From contig CANRCB010000009.1 of NCBI GenBank assembly GCA_947629015.1, forward strand, positions 8,087 through 72,086: a DNA stretch of 64,000 nucleotides. Reading direction: 5' to 3'. The stretch comes from an uncultured Gemmiger sp. (lineage in GTDB: Bacteria; Bacillota; Clostridia; Oscillospirales; Ruminococcaceae). The position numbers and the translations under genes were made by a program. Of this stretch, positions 1 to 11,009 are shown piece after piece (the first letter of the stretch is position 1; every line of letters begins with the position of its first letter). Below the pieces are notes generated by a model. It worked only from the letters and a program-made list of their open reading frames with translations, did not search any database and was not told the origin of the DNA.

Positions 1-34
1 CCCCACGCCCGGTCTGCCCGGGCCGGCGCCCGGC

Positions 35-1315
35 GTGCAGGGCGCGCTGCCCTACGGCGGGGGCCTTGCGCCCCAAACGCCCGGCACCGCGCCGGATACT
101 GCGGACGCCGCCGCCCCGGAAACGGAAGGCGCCCCGCAAGCGGACACGGACGCCGCCCCGGAAGGCGGGGCGCAGCCCCCGCGCGCCAAATTCCACTGGG
201 GGCTGGCTGCGGGCAGTGTCATCGTGGTGGCGCTGCTGGCGGCCGTCGTGGGCGGGATGCTGCTGCTCGGCGCCCCCGCCGCGGCCCCGCACACCGAGGT
301 GCCGCTGCCCACCGCCACCCCCGCGCCGCCCACCCCGGCGCCCACCCCCGCCCCGACGCCGGATCCCGTGCTGGCGGCGGCCGCCGCCGTGCGGGGCATC
401 TGCACCGGGCAGGCCCCGCAGATGACCGACCCCGCCGCCTGGAACGAGGCCGGCGCCGCGCTGATGGCGCAGCTGGAGGCCGACCCTTATTACCAGGACT
501 TTGGCTTTACCGCCGACGCGGCCGCCATGCCGGCGCTGGCGCTGGAGACCGCCGACGCGCTGCGCAGCGCGTCGGCCCAGAAGCGCCCGGCGTGGACGCG
601 CTCCTCCCCCGAATGGAAGGACCGTTTGGAGGAGCTGGAGGCCGCCGCCGCGGCCGAGGTGCCCTACCCCTACCTGCTGGCCGTCAACCGCGCGGCCTCC
701 ACCGTGACGGTGTATGCCCTTGACGCGGCGGGCCGTTACACCGTGCCCTATATGGCCATGGTGTGCAGCGGCGGCGAGGACACGCCCACCGGTTTCTGGT
801 CCTCCCCCATCAACTACAACTGGCGGCTGCTCACGGGGCCGTGCTACGGCCAGTACGCCACCCGCATCTACACGGGGTATCTGTTCCACAGCGTGCCCTA
901 CTACAGCCAGCACAAGGACGATCTGGAATATGACCAGTTCAACGAGCTGGGCACGCCCGCCTCGCTGGGGTGCATCCGGCTGGCGGTCGTGGACGTGAAA
1001 TGGGTCTATGACAACTGCCCGCTGGGCACGCCGGTGGTCATCTACGACGACGCCGAGCATCCCGGCCCGATGGGCAAGCCCGGCACCATCCACACCGACC
1101 CCGCCGACGAGGCCCTGCGCGGGTGGGACCCCACCGACCCCGACCCCGCCAACCCCTGGCCGGCCGAGTACCGCACCGGCACCGCCATCCGCAGCCTGGC
1201 CGCGTGGGAGGAGTACAACGCCGCCGTCGCCGACGGCCGCTGGGACGCCACCCTCAACGAGACCGACCTGCAGGGCTGGAGCACCGATTCCAGCGTCGAA
1301 GGCACCCGCGGCTAA
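35..1315 (+). CDS. L,D-transpeptidase (YkuD/ErfK family), membrane-anchored; 5' end may lie upstream of the window
   Basis: Pro/Ala-rich region, TM helix, then catalytic motif LFHSVPYY...SLGCIRL (H...C); the frame is open back to the window edge. Confidence 0.85.
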   Translation: MQGALPYGGGLAPQTPGTAPDTADAAAPETEGAPQADTDAAPEGGAQPPRAKFHWGLAAGSVIVVALLAAVVGGMLLLGAPAAAPHTEVPLPTATPAPPTPAPTPAPTPDPVLAAAAAVRGICTGQAPQMTDPAAWNEAGAALMAQLEADPYYQDFGFTADAAAMPALALETADALRSASAQKRPAWTRSSPEWKDRLEELEAAAAAEVPYPYLLAVNRAASTVTVYALDAAGRYTVPYMAMVCSGGEDTPTGFWSSPINYNWRLLTGPCYGQYATRIYTGYLFHSVPYYSQHKDDLEYDQFNELGTPASLGCIRLAVVDVKWVYDNCPLGTPVVIYDDAEHPGPMGKPGTIHTDPADEALRGWDPTDPDPANPWPAEYRTGTAIRSLAAWEEYNAAVADGRWDATLNETDLQGWSTDSSVEGTRG

Positions 1316-1361
1316 GCCCGCCGCAGGGGGATTTTTATCGTTTTCCCGTCAGCTTAAATTT

Positions 1362-1398
1362 AAAAGGCAGCAGGCACAGGGTGCCTGCTGCCTTTTTT
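1362..1398 (+). terminator. Intrinsic terminator
   Basis: Hairpin aggcagcaggcac-agg-gtgcctgctgcct followed by a T-tract. Confidence 0.75.
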
Positions 1399-1515
1399 AC
1401 AGGGGCGGCGGCGCGCCTGTCTTTCATTCGCGTACAAATGCCGGCTGCAAACAAACAAAATTTTTGTAAACCGCCCCAAAAACCTTGCAAAACAAGGCGC
1501 CGTCTGCTACCATAG

Positions 1516-2901
<1,386 letters not shown>

Positions 2902-3074
2902 GGCCGGCCCGCCGCCCCAGCCCCCGCGCCGCCGGGGCGTACCGGGGCAAAAAAGCGGATAGGAAAACAGCAGGCACGCCAAACCGTGCCTGCTGTTTTT
3001 TGCCGCATCCCGCCGCCCTTGGGCAGCCCTTTGGGTGCCCGCCCGCGACGCCCGCGCCGCCCCGCAAATCCCCG

Positions 3075-3103
3075 TTGCATTTTGGCTTTGGGTTTGGTAT
3101 AAT
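3075..3103 (+). promoter_or_regulatory. Sigma-A promoter of tRNA
   Basis: TTGCAT-17-TATAAT with TGn extended -10. Confidence 0.7.
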
Positions 3104-3147
3104 GGCAATGCTGACCGGGCCGCCGGCAACGGTGGTTCACGGCATAC

Positions 3148-3221
3148 GCGCTCGTAGCTCAGCTGGATAGAGTGTCAGACTCCGACTCTGAAGGCCGCTG
3201 GTTCGAATCCAGTCGGGCGCA
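3148..3221 (+). tRNA. tRNA-Arg(CCG)
   Basis: Cloverleaf: GCGCTCG/CGGGCGC acceptor stem, D-loop AGCTGGATA, anticodon arm TCAGA-CTCCGAC-TCTGA, T-loop TTCGAAT; CCA not encoded. Confidence 0.96.
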
Positions 3222-3225
3222 TGGA

Positions 3226-3268
3226 ACGGCCGCCGCTTTATATAAAAGCGGCGGCCGTTTTTGTTTTC
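3226..3268 (+). terminator. Intrinsic terminator after tRNA
   Basis: aacggccgccgcttt...aaagcggcggccgtt hairpin plus T-tract. Confidence 0.8.
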
Positions 3269-3432
3269 CTGCCCCGCAAGGGGCCTTGGCAATTGGCGGC
3301 AGCGCCTGGCAAAGCATTGCGGGAGAGCCTTGAACACGGGCCAACACGGGCCGAAATCGGCTGTACAACGGCCCCCTCCGGTGCCGCGGCGGCAGAAAAT
3401 CGAACGAAATGGAAAAAATCGCAAAAAAGGGC

Positions 3433-3461
3433 TTGACAGGGGGCAGGCCCGATGCTATAAT
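3433..3461 (+). promoter_or_regulatory. Sigma-A promoter of the metY operon
   Basis: Perfect TTGACA-17-TATAAT with TGn extension. Confidence 0.85.
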
Positions 3462-3516
3462 CCCACTAAACCAATCTGGTTGGTTGGTTTAAGCGATTTG
3501 AAAGGAGGCGCGCGGG

Positions 3517-3639
3517 ATGGGGTTCTTGTTCCTTGCGCTTTTGCGCAGCAATTTCCGCTGTGGACGAATGCTGGACTCCCGGGCTGAGAGAGCGGCCGGG
3601 CGCCTTGCTGCGCCCACGGGGTGCCTGTGTATGTGTTGA
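3517..3639 (+). CDS. Putative leader peptide (40 aa, ends GCLCMC)
   Basis: Strong RBS aaaggagg at 3501-3508, ATG 3517, TGA 3637-3639; Cys/Met codon cluster; lies just before a terminator upstream of metY. Confidence 0.6.
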   Translation: MGFLFLALLRSNFRCGRMLDSRAERAAGRLAAPTGCLCMC

Positions 3640-3664
3640 AGGCATCCTTATGACCGCTTTTCAG

Positions 3665-3694
3665 TCCGGGAGCTTTTGAAGCCCCGGATTTTTT
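3665..3694 (+). terminator. Attenuator-type terminator in the metY leader
   Basis: tccggg-a-gctt-ttg-aagc-cccgga then tttttt; its left arm can alternatively pair with 3576-3595. Confidence 0.75.
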
Positions 3695-3737
3695 GTTGTC
3701 CCACACCTTCATTTTTGATATAGAAAGGAAATTTATC

Positions 3738-5021
3738 ATGAGCAACTATAAATTTGAGACCCTGCAGCTGCACGTAGGCCAGGAGCAGGCCGACCCCGCC
3801 ACCGACGCCCGCGCGGTGCCCATCTATGCCACCACCTCGTATGTGTTCCACAACTCCGCCCACGCCGCCGCGCGTTTTGGCCTGGCCGACGCCGGCAACA
3901 TCTACGGCCGGCTGACCAACTCCACCCAGGACGTGCTGGAAAAGCGCCTGGCGGCGCTGGAGGGCGGCGTGGGGGCGCTGGCGCTGGCCTCCGGCGCGGC
4001 GGCCATCACCTACACCATCGAGGCGCTGGCCACCCAGGGCGAGCACATCGTGGCCCAAAAGACCATCTACGGCGGCAGCTACAACCTGCTGGCGCACACG
4101 CTGCCCCAGTACGGCATCACCACCACCTTCGTGGACATCCACGACCTGGCCGAGGTGGAAGCGGCCATCCAGCCCAACACCAAGGCCCTCTACATCGAGA
4201 CGCTGGGCAACCCCAACTCCGACATACCGGACATCGACGCCCTCGCGGCCATCGCCCACAAGCACGGCCTGCCGCTGGTCATCGACAACACCTTCGGCAC
4301 GCCCTACCTCATCCGGCCCATCGAGCACGGCGCCGACATTGTTGTGCATTCCGCCACCAAGTTCATCGGCGGGCACGGCACGACCCTGGGCGGCATCATC
4401 GTCGATTCCGGCAAGTTTGACTGGGCAGCCAGCGGCCGCTACCCGGCCATCAGCGAGCCCAACCCCAGCTACCACGGCGTGCGCTTCACCGATGCCGCCG
4501 GCCCCGCCGCCTTTGTCACCTACGTGCGCGCCATCCTGCTGCGGGATACCGGCGCCACCATCTCCCCCTTCGCGGCGTTTTTGCTGCTGCAGGGCGTCGA
4601 GACGCTCTCGCTGCGGCTGGAGCGCCACGCGGAGAACACCAAAAAGGTGGTGGCGTATCTCGCCAACCACCCGCAGGTGGCCCATGTGAACCACCCCAGC
4701 CTGCCGGACCACCCCCAGCACGCGCTGTATGAAAAGTATTTCCCCAACGGCGGGGCGTCCATCTTCACCTTCGAGATCAAAGGCGGCGTGGCCGAGGCGC
4801 ACAAGTTCATCGACAGCCTCGAGATCTTCTCGCTGCTGGCGAACGTCGCTGATGTCAAGAGCCTGGTCATCCACCCGGCCACCACGACGCACAGCCAGCT
4901 TTCGGCCGAAGAGCTGGCCGACCAGGGCATCTACCCCAACACCATCCGCCTGTCCATCGGCACCGAACACATCGACGACATCATCGCCGACCTCGAAAAG
5001 GGCTTCGCGGCCATCCGGTGA
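3738..5021 (+). CDS. metY: O-acetylhomoserine/O-acetylserine sulfhydrylase (PLP-dependent)
   Basis: FETLQLHVGQ, HSATKFIGGHG (PLP lysine), LANVADVKSLVIHPATTTHSQL. Confidence 0.92.
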   Translation: MSNYKFETLQLHVGQEQADPATDARAVPIYATTSYVFHNSAHAAARFGLADAGNIYGRLTNSTQDVLEKRLAALEGGVGALALASGAAAITYTIEALATQGEHIVAQKTIYGGSYNLLAHTLPQYGITTTFVDIHDLAEVEAAIQPNTKALYIETLGNPNSDIPDIDALAAIAHKHGLPLVIDNTFGTPYLIRPIEHGADIVVHSATKFIGGHGTTLGGIIVDSGKFDWAASGRYPAISEPNPSYHGVRFTDAAGPAAFVTYVRAILLRDTGATISPFAAFLLLQGVETLSLRLERHAENTKKVVAYLANHPQVAHVNHPSLPDHPQHALYEKYFPNGGASIFTFEIKGGVAEAHKFIDSLEIFSLLANVADVKSLVIHPATTTHSQLSAEELADQGIYPNTIRLSIGTEHIDDIIADLEKGFAAIR

Positions 5022-5091
5022 GCCGGCGCGTCCGCGCTGTCCGATCCATCATTTTGCGGCCAAACGCCGCAGAAAAGGAAGGTACAAGAAA

Positions 5092-6018
5092 ATGAAACCG
5101 AACAACAAACTTTTCGCCCTGCTTCTGGCGTTGGTCATGGTGCTGTCCCTGGCCGCCTGCGGCGGGAGCGCCGATACATCTGCCGCCGGGGGCAGCGAGC
5201 CCGCGGAGGAGGCCGGTGAGCCTGCCGGGGAGGGCGGCGAGGCCGCCGGGGCCGAGGGCAATTTCCGGACCCTGGACGAGATCCAGGAGAGCGGCGTGAT
5301 CAACATCGGCGTATTCTCCGACAAGAGCCCCTTCGGCTATGTGGATGAAAACGGCGACTATCAGGGCTATGATGTGTATTTTGCCAACCGCATCGGTGAG
5401 GACCTGGGCGTGGAGGTCAACTTTGTTTCCACCGAGGCCGCCAGCCGCATCGAGTATCTGCAGACCGGCAAGGTGGATATCATCCTGGCCAACTTCACCG
5501 TCACCGCGGAGCGGGCGGAGGAAGTCGACTTCGCCCTGCCTTATATGAACGTGGCACTGGGCGTGGTCTCGCCGGAGGATGCGGTGATCGAGAGCCTGGA
5601 CGACATCGGCAGTGACGACGAGGTGATCGTCATCTCCGGCACCACCGCCGAGACCTACCTTGAAAAGAACGAGCCCGACATCAAGCTGCAGAAATACGAC
5701 GCGTATGCCGAAGCCAAGACCGCGCTTGAGAACGGCAACGGCGTGGCCTGGGCCAACGACAATACCGAGGTCACCGCCTTTGCCATCGAGAATCCCGGCT
5801 TCGTGGTCGGCATCCCCTCGCTGGGCAGCGCCGACACCATCGCGCCCGCCGTGACCAAGGGCAATGCCACGCTGCTGGACTGGCTGAACGGGGAGATCGA
5901 GGCCCTGGGCCAAGAGCAGTTCTTCCACGAGGACTACGAGGCCACGCTGCTGGATACCTACGGCGCGGACTATGAGGACACCCTGGTCGTGGAGGGCGGC
6001 GTGACGGCCGCCAACTGA
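5092..6018 (+). CDS. Polar amino acid (cysteine/cystine-like) ABC substrate-binding lipoprotein
   Basis: Lipobox LAAC, family 3 SBP motifs (GYDVYFA, ANFTVTAER), co-located with metY. Confidence 0.88.
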   Translation: MKPNNKLFALLLALVMVLSLAACGGSADTSAAGGSEPAEEAGEPAGEGGEAAGAEGNFRTLDEIQESGVINIGVFSDKSPFGYVDENGDYQGYDVYFANRIGEDLGVEVNFVSTEAASRIEYLQTGKVDIILANFTVTAERAEEVDFALPYMNVALGVVSPEDAVIESLDDIGSDDEVIVISGTTAETYLEKNEPDIKLQKYDAYAEAKTALENGNGVAWANDNTEVTAFAIENPGFVVGIPSLGSADTIAPAVTKGNATLLDWLNGEIEALGQEQFFHEDYEATLLDTYGADYEDTLVVEGGVTAAN

Positions 6019-6097
6019 GCACGGCAGCAAAATAAGAGAAGGCGGGCAGCGGTGCTCAGCACGGCTGCCCGCCTTGTTCCGGGAAAGGCGATGGCGC

Positions 6098-6757
6098 ATG
6101 GACTTTGAGGCGATGCGGGAATATCTGCCGCTGTTTTGGCAGGCATTGGGGCTGACCTTGCGGATCGGCTGGCAGGGCGTCCTGCTGGCGTTTGGGCTCG
6201 GCACCCTGTGCGCGGTGGTGCTGCATCTGCGGCTGCCGCTGCTGCGGCAGTTTACGGCCGCATACATAGAGCTTTTTCGCAACACACCGCTGCTGGTGCA
6301 GCTGTTCTTCTTATACTTTGCGCTGCCAAAGATCGGCATCCGCATGCGGCCTGCGTTCTGCGGCGTGCTGGGGCTTGGTTTGCTGGGCGGCGCCTACATG
6401 GCCGAAACCATCCGCAGCGGCCTTGAGAGCATCGCCCCCATCCAGTCCGAGAGCGCTTGGAGCCTGGGCATGACCCGGCTGCAGGCGTTCCGGTATGTGA
6501 TCCTGCCCCAGGCGGTGACCCGCAGCGTGCCGGGGCTCCTCGCCAACGTGATCTTTCTCTTGAAGGAAACAAGCGTGTTCTCCACCATCAGCCTCATGGA
6601 CCTGATGTTCACGGCCAAGGACCTCATCGGCATGTACGCCAAGACGATGGAGTGCCTGACGCTGCTGGTGGTGTTCTACCTCATCATGCTGCTGCCGGTA
6701 TCGGCCCTGGGCAGCCTTGTGGAAAGGAGACTGCGCCATGCAGAGTTTGGGCCTTGA
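6098..6757 (+). CDS. Amino acid ABC transporter permease
   Basis: FRNTPLLVQL, EAA-like loop ESAWSLGM. Confidence 0.9.
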   Translation: MDFEAMREYLPLFWQALGLTLRIGWQGVLLAFGLGTLCAVVLHLRLPLLRQFTAAYIELFRNTPLLVQLFFLYFALPKIGIRMRPAFCGVLGLGLLGGAYMAETIRSGLESIAPIQSESAWSLGMTRLQAFRYVILPQAVTRSVPGLLANVIFLLKETSVFSTISLMDLMFTAKDLIGMYAKTMECLTLLVVFYLIMLLPVSALGSLVERRLRHAEFGP

Positions 6758-7412
6758 CGTATTGTTCAAAGGCAAAAACCTTATCCGGCTCCTGGGCGGG
6801 CTGTGGGTGGCCGTGCGCATCAGCCTGTTCTCGGTGACCATCAGCATCGCGCTGGGGCTGGTGCTGGGCGTGCTCGCGACCGGCCGGAGCCGGGCCTTCA
6901 AGGCCGTGTTCCGGGTGTATCTGGAGATCGTGCGCATCATGCCGCAGATGGTGCTGCTGTTCGTGGTTTACTTCGGCACCACCCGTGTGTTCGGATGGGA
7001 CCTTTCCGCCGAGGTCTCGGCCGTCATCGTATTCAGCTTCTGGGGCGCGGCGGAGATGGGCGATCTGGTCCGCGGGGCGCTGGTCAGCATCCCCCGCATC
7101 CAGTACGAGAGCGCCGAGGCGCTGGGGCTTTCGGACGGGCAGGTGTACCGGTATGTCATCCTGCCCCAAACGGTGCGGCGGCTGATCCCTTTGTCCATCA
7201 ATCTGATCACCCGCATGATCAAGACCACGAATCTGGTCATCATGATCGGCATGGTGGAGGTGCTCAAGGTGGCCCAGCAGATCATCGAGGCCAACCGGCG
7301 CTCCTCACCCAACGCGGCCTTCGGGCTGTTCGCGGTGGTCCTGCTTTTGTATTTCGCGATCTGCTGGCCCATCAGCCGGCTGGCCGGGTATCTGGAAAAG
7401 AGGTGGGCATAG
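6738..7412 (+). CDS. Amino acid ABC transporter permease
   Basis: Hydrophobic helices, QYESAEALGL EAA loop. Confidence 0.9.
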   Translation: MQSLGLDVLFKGKNLIRLLGGLWVAVRISLFSVTISIALGLVLGVLATGRSRAFKAVFRVYLEIVRIMPQMVLLFVVYFGTTRVFGWDLSAEVSAVIVFSFWGAAEMGDLVRGALVSIPRIQYESAEALGLSDGQVYRYVILPQTVRRLIPLSINLITRMIKTTNLVIMIGMVEVLKVAQQIIEANRRSSPNAAFGLFAVVLLLYFAICWPISRLAGYLEKRWA

Positions 7413-7415
7413 GCG

Positions 7416-8156
7416 ATGGAAAACGCCCTGCTTGAGATCAAAGGCCTGAAAAAGGCATACGGAGAGCACGTCGTCCTGGACGGCATCGACCTGTCCGTGA
7501 ACAAAGGCGAGGTGGTGGTCGTGATCGGCCCCTCCGGCTGCGGCAAGAGCACGCTGCTGCGGTGCGTCAACGCTCTGGAAGACATCCAGGGCGGCGAGGT
7601 GCTGCTGGACGGGGAACCGGTGCGCCGGGACGGCAAGGACATCTCGCGCATGCGGCAAAAGATCGGCATGGTCTTCCAGAGCTACGATCTGTTCCCCCAT
7701 AAAACCGTATTGGAAAACATCCTGCTGGCCCCCACCAAGGTGCAGAAACGGCCGCGGGCCGAGGCGGAGAAGGAAGCGCTGGCGCTGCTGGACCGGGTGG
7801 GCCTGGCGGGCCGGAAGGACGATTACCCGCGGCAGCTCTCCGGCGGGCAGAAGCAGCGGGTGGCCATTGTGCGGGCGCTCATCATGCACCCGGAGATCTT
7901 GCTGCTGGACGAGATCACCGCCGCCCTTGACCCGGAGATGGTCCATGAGGTGCTGCAGGTGGTGCTGGGGTTGGCGAAAAGCGGCAGCACCATGCTGATC
8001 GTGACCCATGAGATGGCCTTTGCCAGGGCCATCGCGGACCGGATCCTCTTTTTGGAGGGCGGCCGTATCGTGGAGGAGAGCCGGGAGCCCAAAGCCTTTT
8101 TTGAAAGGCCCGCCACAGACCGGGCCCGGCAATTCCTGCGGACGTTTGAATACTGA
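7416..8156 (+). CDS. Amino acid ABC transporter ATP-binding protein
   Basis: GPSGCGKST, LSGGQKQR, LLLDEIT. Confidence 0.93.
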   Translation: MENALLEIKGLKKAYGEHVVLDGIDLSVNKGEVVVVIGPSGCGKSTLLRCVNALEDIQGGEVLLDGEPVRRDGKDISRMRQKIGMVFQSYDLFPHKTVLENILLAPTKVQKRPRAEAEKEALALLDRVGLAGRKDDYPRQLSGGQKQRVAIVRALIMHPEILLLDEITAALDPEMVHEVLQVVLGLAKSGSTMLIVTHEMAFARAIADRILFLEGGRIVEESREPKAFFERPATDRARQFLRTFEY

Positions 8157-8305
8157 GAAACGCCTGCCCGCAACGGTCGTCCCATACCGGGAGGCCCCAC
8201 CCCCGGCCGTGCTGCGCCCGGCCCGCCCCGCTTGTGAACGCCCGGGCCTGATTTTTCACACAAGCGGCCGCCCCGCCGCGCGGCCCCCGGCCGTACCCGC
8301 AAACT

Positions 8306-9649
8306 TTATCCGTGGTGGTACCGGTACAGGGACAGCAACCGCCATTTTTCTTCCTCGGTTTTTACAAACGCGACCGCGCCGCCGGTGAACGCCTCGGCCT
8401 CCAGGAACTGCGGCTCGATGACCCATTCCCCGTCTTCGTCGATATACCCCCAGCGCCCATCTTTCATGGCGGGGGCGATGCCGACGCTGAAACTTTTGGC
8501 CTTTTCGAAATCGCCAAGCGTTTTCTCCTCGCCGGCCGCATTGACAAACAGCCATTTCCCCGCTTTTTGCACCGCGGCCCAGCTGTTTTCGTTGAAAGCG
8601 CAGGCGTCCTCATAAGCGGCGTCATTGAGGGGCTGCCCCGCGCGGTCCACAAGGCGGTAGGTGTCGTCCTGCTGTACAAAAACGGCATTGCAGCAGCAGG
8701 GGATGCCCCTGTTGTCGACCAAGATGCCCTGGTATTGCGCCGGGGTGACCTCCTGCCCGTCGGCGGAGAGCAGCGCCCACGCTTTGCCATCCCGGCTCGC
8801 GGCGCCCACGCCGTTGGCAATGACGGTGGCCGCCTGGTAGCCGCCAAACAGCTTTTCGTGCGTGGTGGCATCGTAATAATTCCAGACCGTCCCGTTCCCG
8901 GCCAGCACCATGCCGCTTTGGATATCGCCAAAGGCGGCCACAGCACCCAGTTCCGGGTCTTTTTCCAAAAAATAGGAGGCGGACAGTTTTTTGTTGCCGG
9001 CGGCATCTATAAAGAACGCCTCGCCGTTTTGATCCACCACCGGCGCAAGGTCGGAAAAATCGCCGGCGCTTTGATAGACGTTGGATATGACCATCGCGCC
9101 CGTGGTGTCGATATAGCCCCATGCGTCGCCGATCCTGACCGCCGCCAGGTTTGCGGCGCCGCTGAAGCCGCGCACTTCCTGGTAATTGCCAAGCAAATCA
9201 AAACTGAAGCGCAGCGGTGCGATGGCGGCTTCGACCGCCTCGTCCTTCAGGCCGCGCTCCTGGTAGGCATCGTACACCTGGTACGCCTCCCGCGTGTTGT
9301 CCTGCGCCAGTTTGACCCGGATGCCAAACGCGTAGGTCGCGCTTTCTTTGGGGTATTTTTCCAGCAGTTCATCCTCATACCAGTCTTCCGCCTGGTTGTA
9401 CAGGGCATTGTCCATGTACAATTCGCCCACGGCAAGGCTGGTCTCGAGAGACGGATCCAGCGCCAGCGCCGCCTCGTAAGAGGCGATGGCGTCGGTGAGG
9501 ATGCCCTTGGCCGCGTATTCCTCCGCGGCCTGCATATAACCGCGGTACGTTTGCAGGGCCTGCGTGCGGTTTTTGACCATAAACAGGACCGAAAACACCA
9601 GCGCCAGCGGGAGCACCACCGGCATGAGGGTCTGATACCTTTTCCCCAT
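8306..9649 (-). CDS. WG-repeat protein with N-terminal TM anchor and TPR-like region
   Basis: Repeats WGYIDTTG, WLFVNAAG, WGYIDEDGEWVIEPQF; helical TPR-like N-terminal part. Confidence 0.82.
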   Translation of the reverse strand: MGKRYQTLMPVVLPLALVFSVLFMVKNRTQALQTYRGYMQAAEEYAAKGILTDAIASYEAALALDPSLETSLAVGELYMDNALYNQAEDWYEDELLEKYPKESATYAFGIRVKLAQDNTREAYQVYDAYQERGLKDEAVEAAIAPLRFSFDLLGNYQEVRGFSGAANLAAVRIGDAWGYIDTTGAMVISNVYQSAGDFSDLAPVVDQNGEAFFIDAAGNKKLSASYFLEKDPELGAVAAFGDIQSGMVLAGNGTVWNYYDATTHEKLFGGYQAATVIANGVGAASRDGKAWALLSADGQEVTPAQYQGILVDNRGIPCCCNAVFVQQDDTYRLVDRAGQPLNDAAYEDACAFNENSWAAVQKAGKWLFVNAAGEEKTLGDFEKAKSFSVGIAPAMKDGRWGYIDEDGEWVIEPQFLEAEAFTGGAVAFVKTEEEKWRLLSLYRYHHG

Positions 9650-9661
9650 GATCCAACCTCC

Positions 9662-10336
9662 TTATATACCGGTCAGGAAAGCCGCCGCGAGCGTGCCCGC
9701 CAGCAGGAACGGGGCGAAGGGGACGCTGTCGGTACGGGCCGCCTTTTTGGTGGCCAGCAGGAATATACAGAAAAAGAACATCAGGAGCAGGGAAACAAAG
9801 ACGGCGCCCCACACCAGATCCATGCCCATGCACAGCCCCAACACGGCGAGCAGTTTGACGTCCCCGCCGCCGACGGCCTTGGGCGAGATCAGCCGGCACA
9901 GCAGCGCCGCGGCCGTCAACGCCACCGCGGCCGCCGCCGTGCGGACAAGCAGATAGCGCGCCTGCCCTGGGGCAAGGAGGATCTCGCCCCCCACCAGCAA
10001 AAGCGCGCAGGCGCCGCCCGTGAACACGACCCGGTTGGGGATGAGGAACACCTGCCCGTCCACCCAGGCGCAGGGCCAGAGGATGCTGCACGCCAGCAAC
10101 GTGCGCAGGATATCGGCCGCTCCGGTGTGGTAATACCCCGCCAGCACCAGTGCCAGCGCAAGGTCAATGCCCGCCATGGCCGCCAGCATCCATCCGCGCG
10201 GGACGGCGGGCAGCAGCGCAGCGGCGGGGCGCTCGGCGCCGGCCAAGGCCGGCGCCGCCAAGGCGAACAGCACCGCCCCGAGCGCAACGGCCGCCGCCAC
10301 CTCCCCCGCAAGGGTAAGCCATGGTAGATCGCTCAT
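9662..10336 (-). CDS. Prepilin peptidase (A24 family, TadV/CpaA-like)
   Basis: Multi-pass; two catalytic Asp motifs (VDGQVFLIPN, GGGDVKLL). Confidence 0.88.
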   Translation of the reverse strand: MSDLPWLTLAGEVAAAVALGAVLFALAAPALAGAERPAAALLPAVPRGWMLAAMAGIDLALALVLAGYYHTGAADILRTLLACSILWPCAWVDGQVFLIPNRVVFTGGACALLLVGGEILLAPGQARYLLVRTAAAAVALTAAALLCRLISPKAVGGGDVKLLAVLGLCMGMDLVWGAVFVSLLLMFFFCIFLLATKKAARTDSVPFAPFLLAGTLAAAFLTGI

Positions 10337-10974
10337 TTGTCTTCCCCCGCCCAGGCCACCGTGTAGGCACAGTGGCTCATATGAAACTGAAAATCCATGT
10401 TGAGCAGGCGCACCACCTCAATGTCATAATTGACGCGCAAAAACACATCCCTGCCGGTGGAGCCTTCGCCTGCCTCCAAAAATTTGCTGCCGTCCATATT
10501 GACATTTTGGATGCGGTTCCGCTTCATGAACGCATCGCCATTGTCGCCCGGGCCATCGGCCAGGTTCTTTTTCAGCAGCTGTTTGCCGATGGCCTCGCCG
10601 GCCATGTTCTGCAGGATGGCGGTGATGCTGTCCCCCTGCAGGGCCTGGCCGGTATCACTGACAAAACCGCCGAACTCGGTATCCAGGTTGCCCAGCCCAT
10701 CACCCAACTCCTGCAAAAACGTTGCGACATCGTTCGCCAGGCCGGAACTGACGCCGCCTTTGCCGGTAAAGACCTCATCGGCGCCCAGCACAAAATAGAT
10801 GTGCGTATATTCCGCCAACTGTTTGGCGGCGGCGTCCAGCGCGACCGCCATGCGCGTCTGCGCGTAGGCCATCTGGATGATCGAGAGCATGATATAAATG
10901 GCAAACATGAAAAACGGAAGTGCCAGGCTGGCCTCCACAATGACCGCGCCCGATTGCTTTTTTTGCTGTTCCAT
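10333..10974 (-). CDS. TadE/TadF-like pseudopilin
   Basis: Type III signal QSG|AVIVEASLALPFF (E+5). Confidence 0.85.
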   Translation of the reverse strand: MEQQKKQSGAVIVEASLALPFFMFAIYIMLSIIQMAYAQTRMAVALDAAAKQLAEYTHIYFVLGADEVFTGKGGVSSGLANDVATFLQELGDGLGNLDTEFGGFVSDTGQALQGDSITAILQNMAGEAIGKQLLKKNLADGPGDNGDAFMKRNRIQNVNMDGSKFLEAGEGSTGRDVFLRVNYDIEVVRLLNMDFQFHMSHCAYTVAWAGEDK

Positions 10975-11009
10975 CGCGCACCCCTTCTTTGTACATTGCC
11001 GGCCTTTTA

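Noticed and set aside
3480-3700. SAM-I (S-box) or T-box riboswitch upstream of metY
   Set aside because: No ATCxAGAG...GAT S-box core and no AAxxxGGGTGGxACC T-box sequence seen; a leader ORF explains the region better
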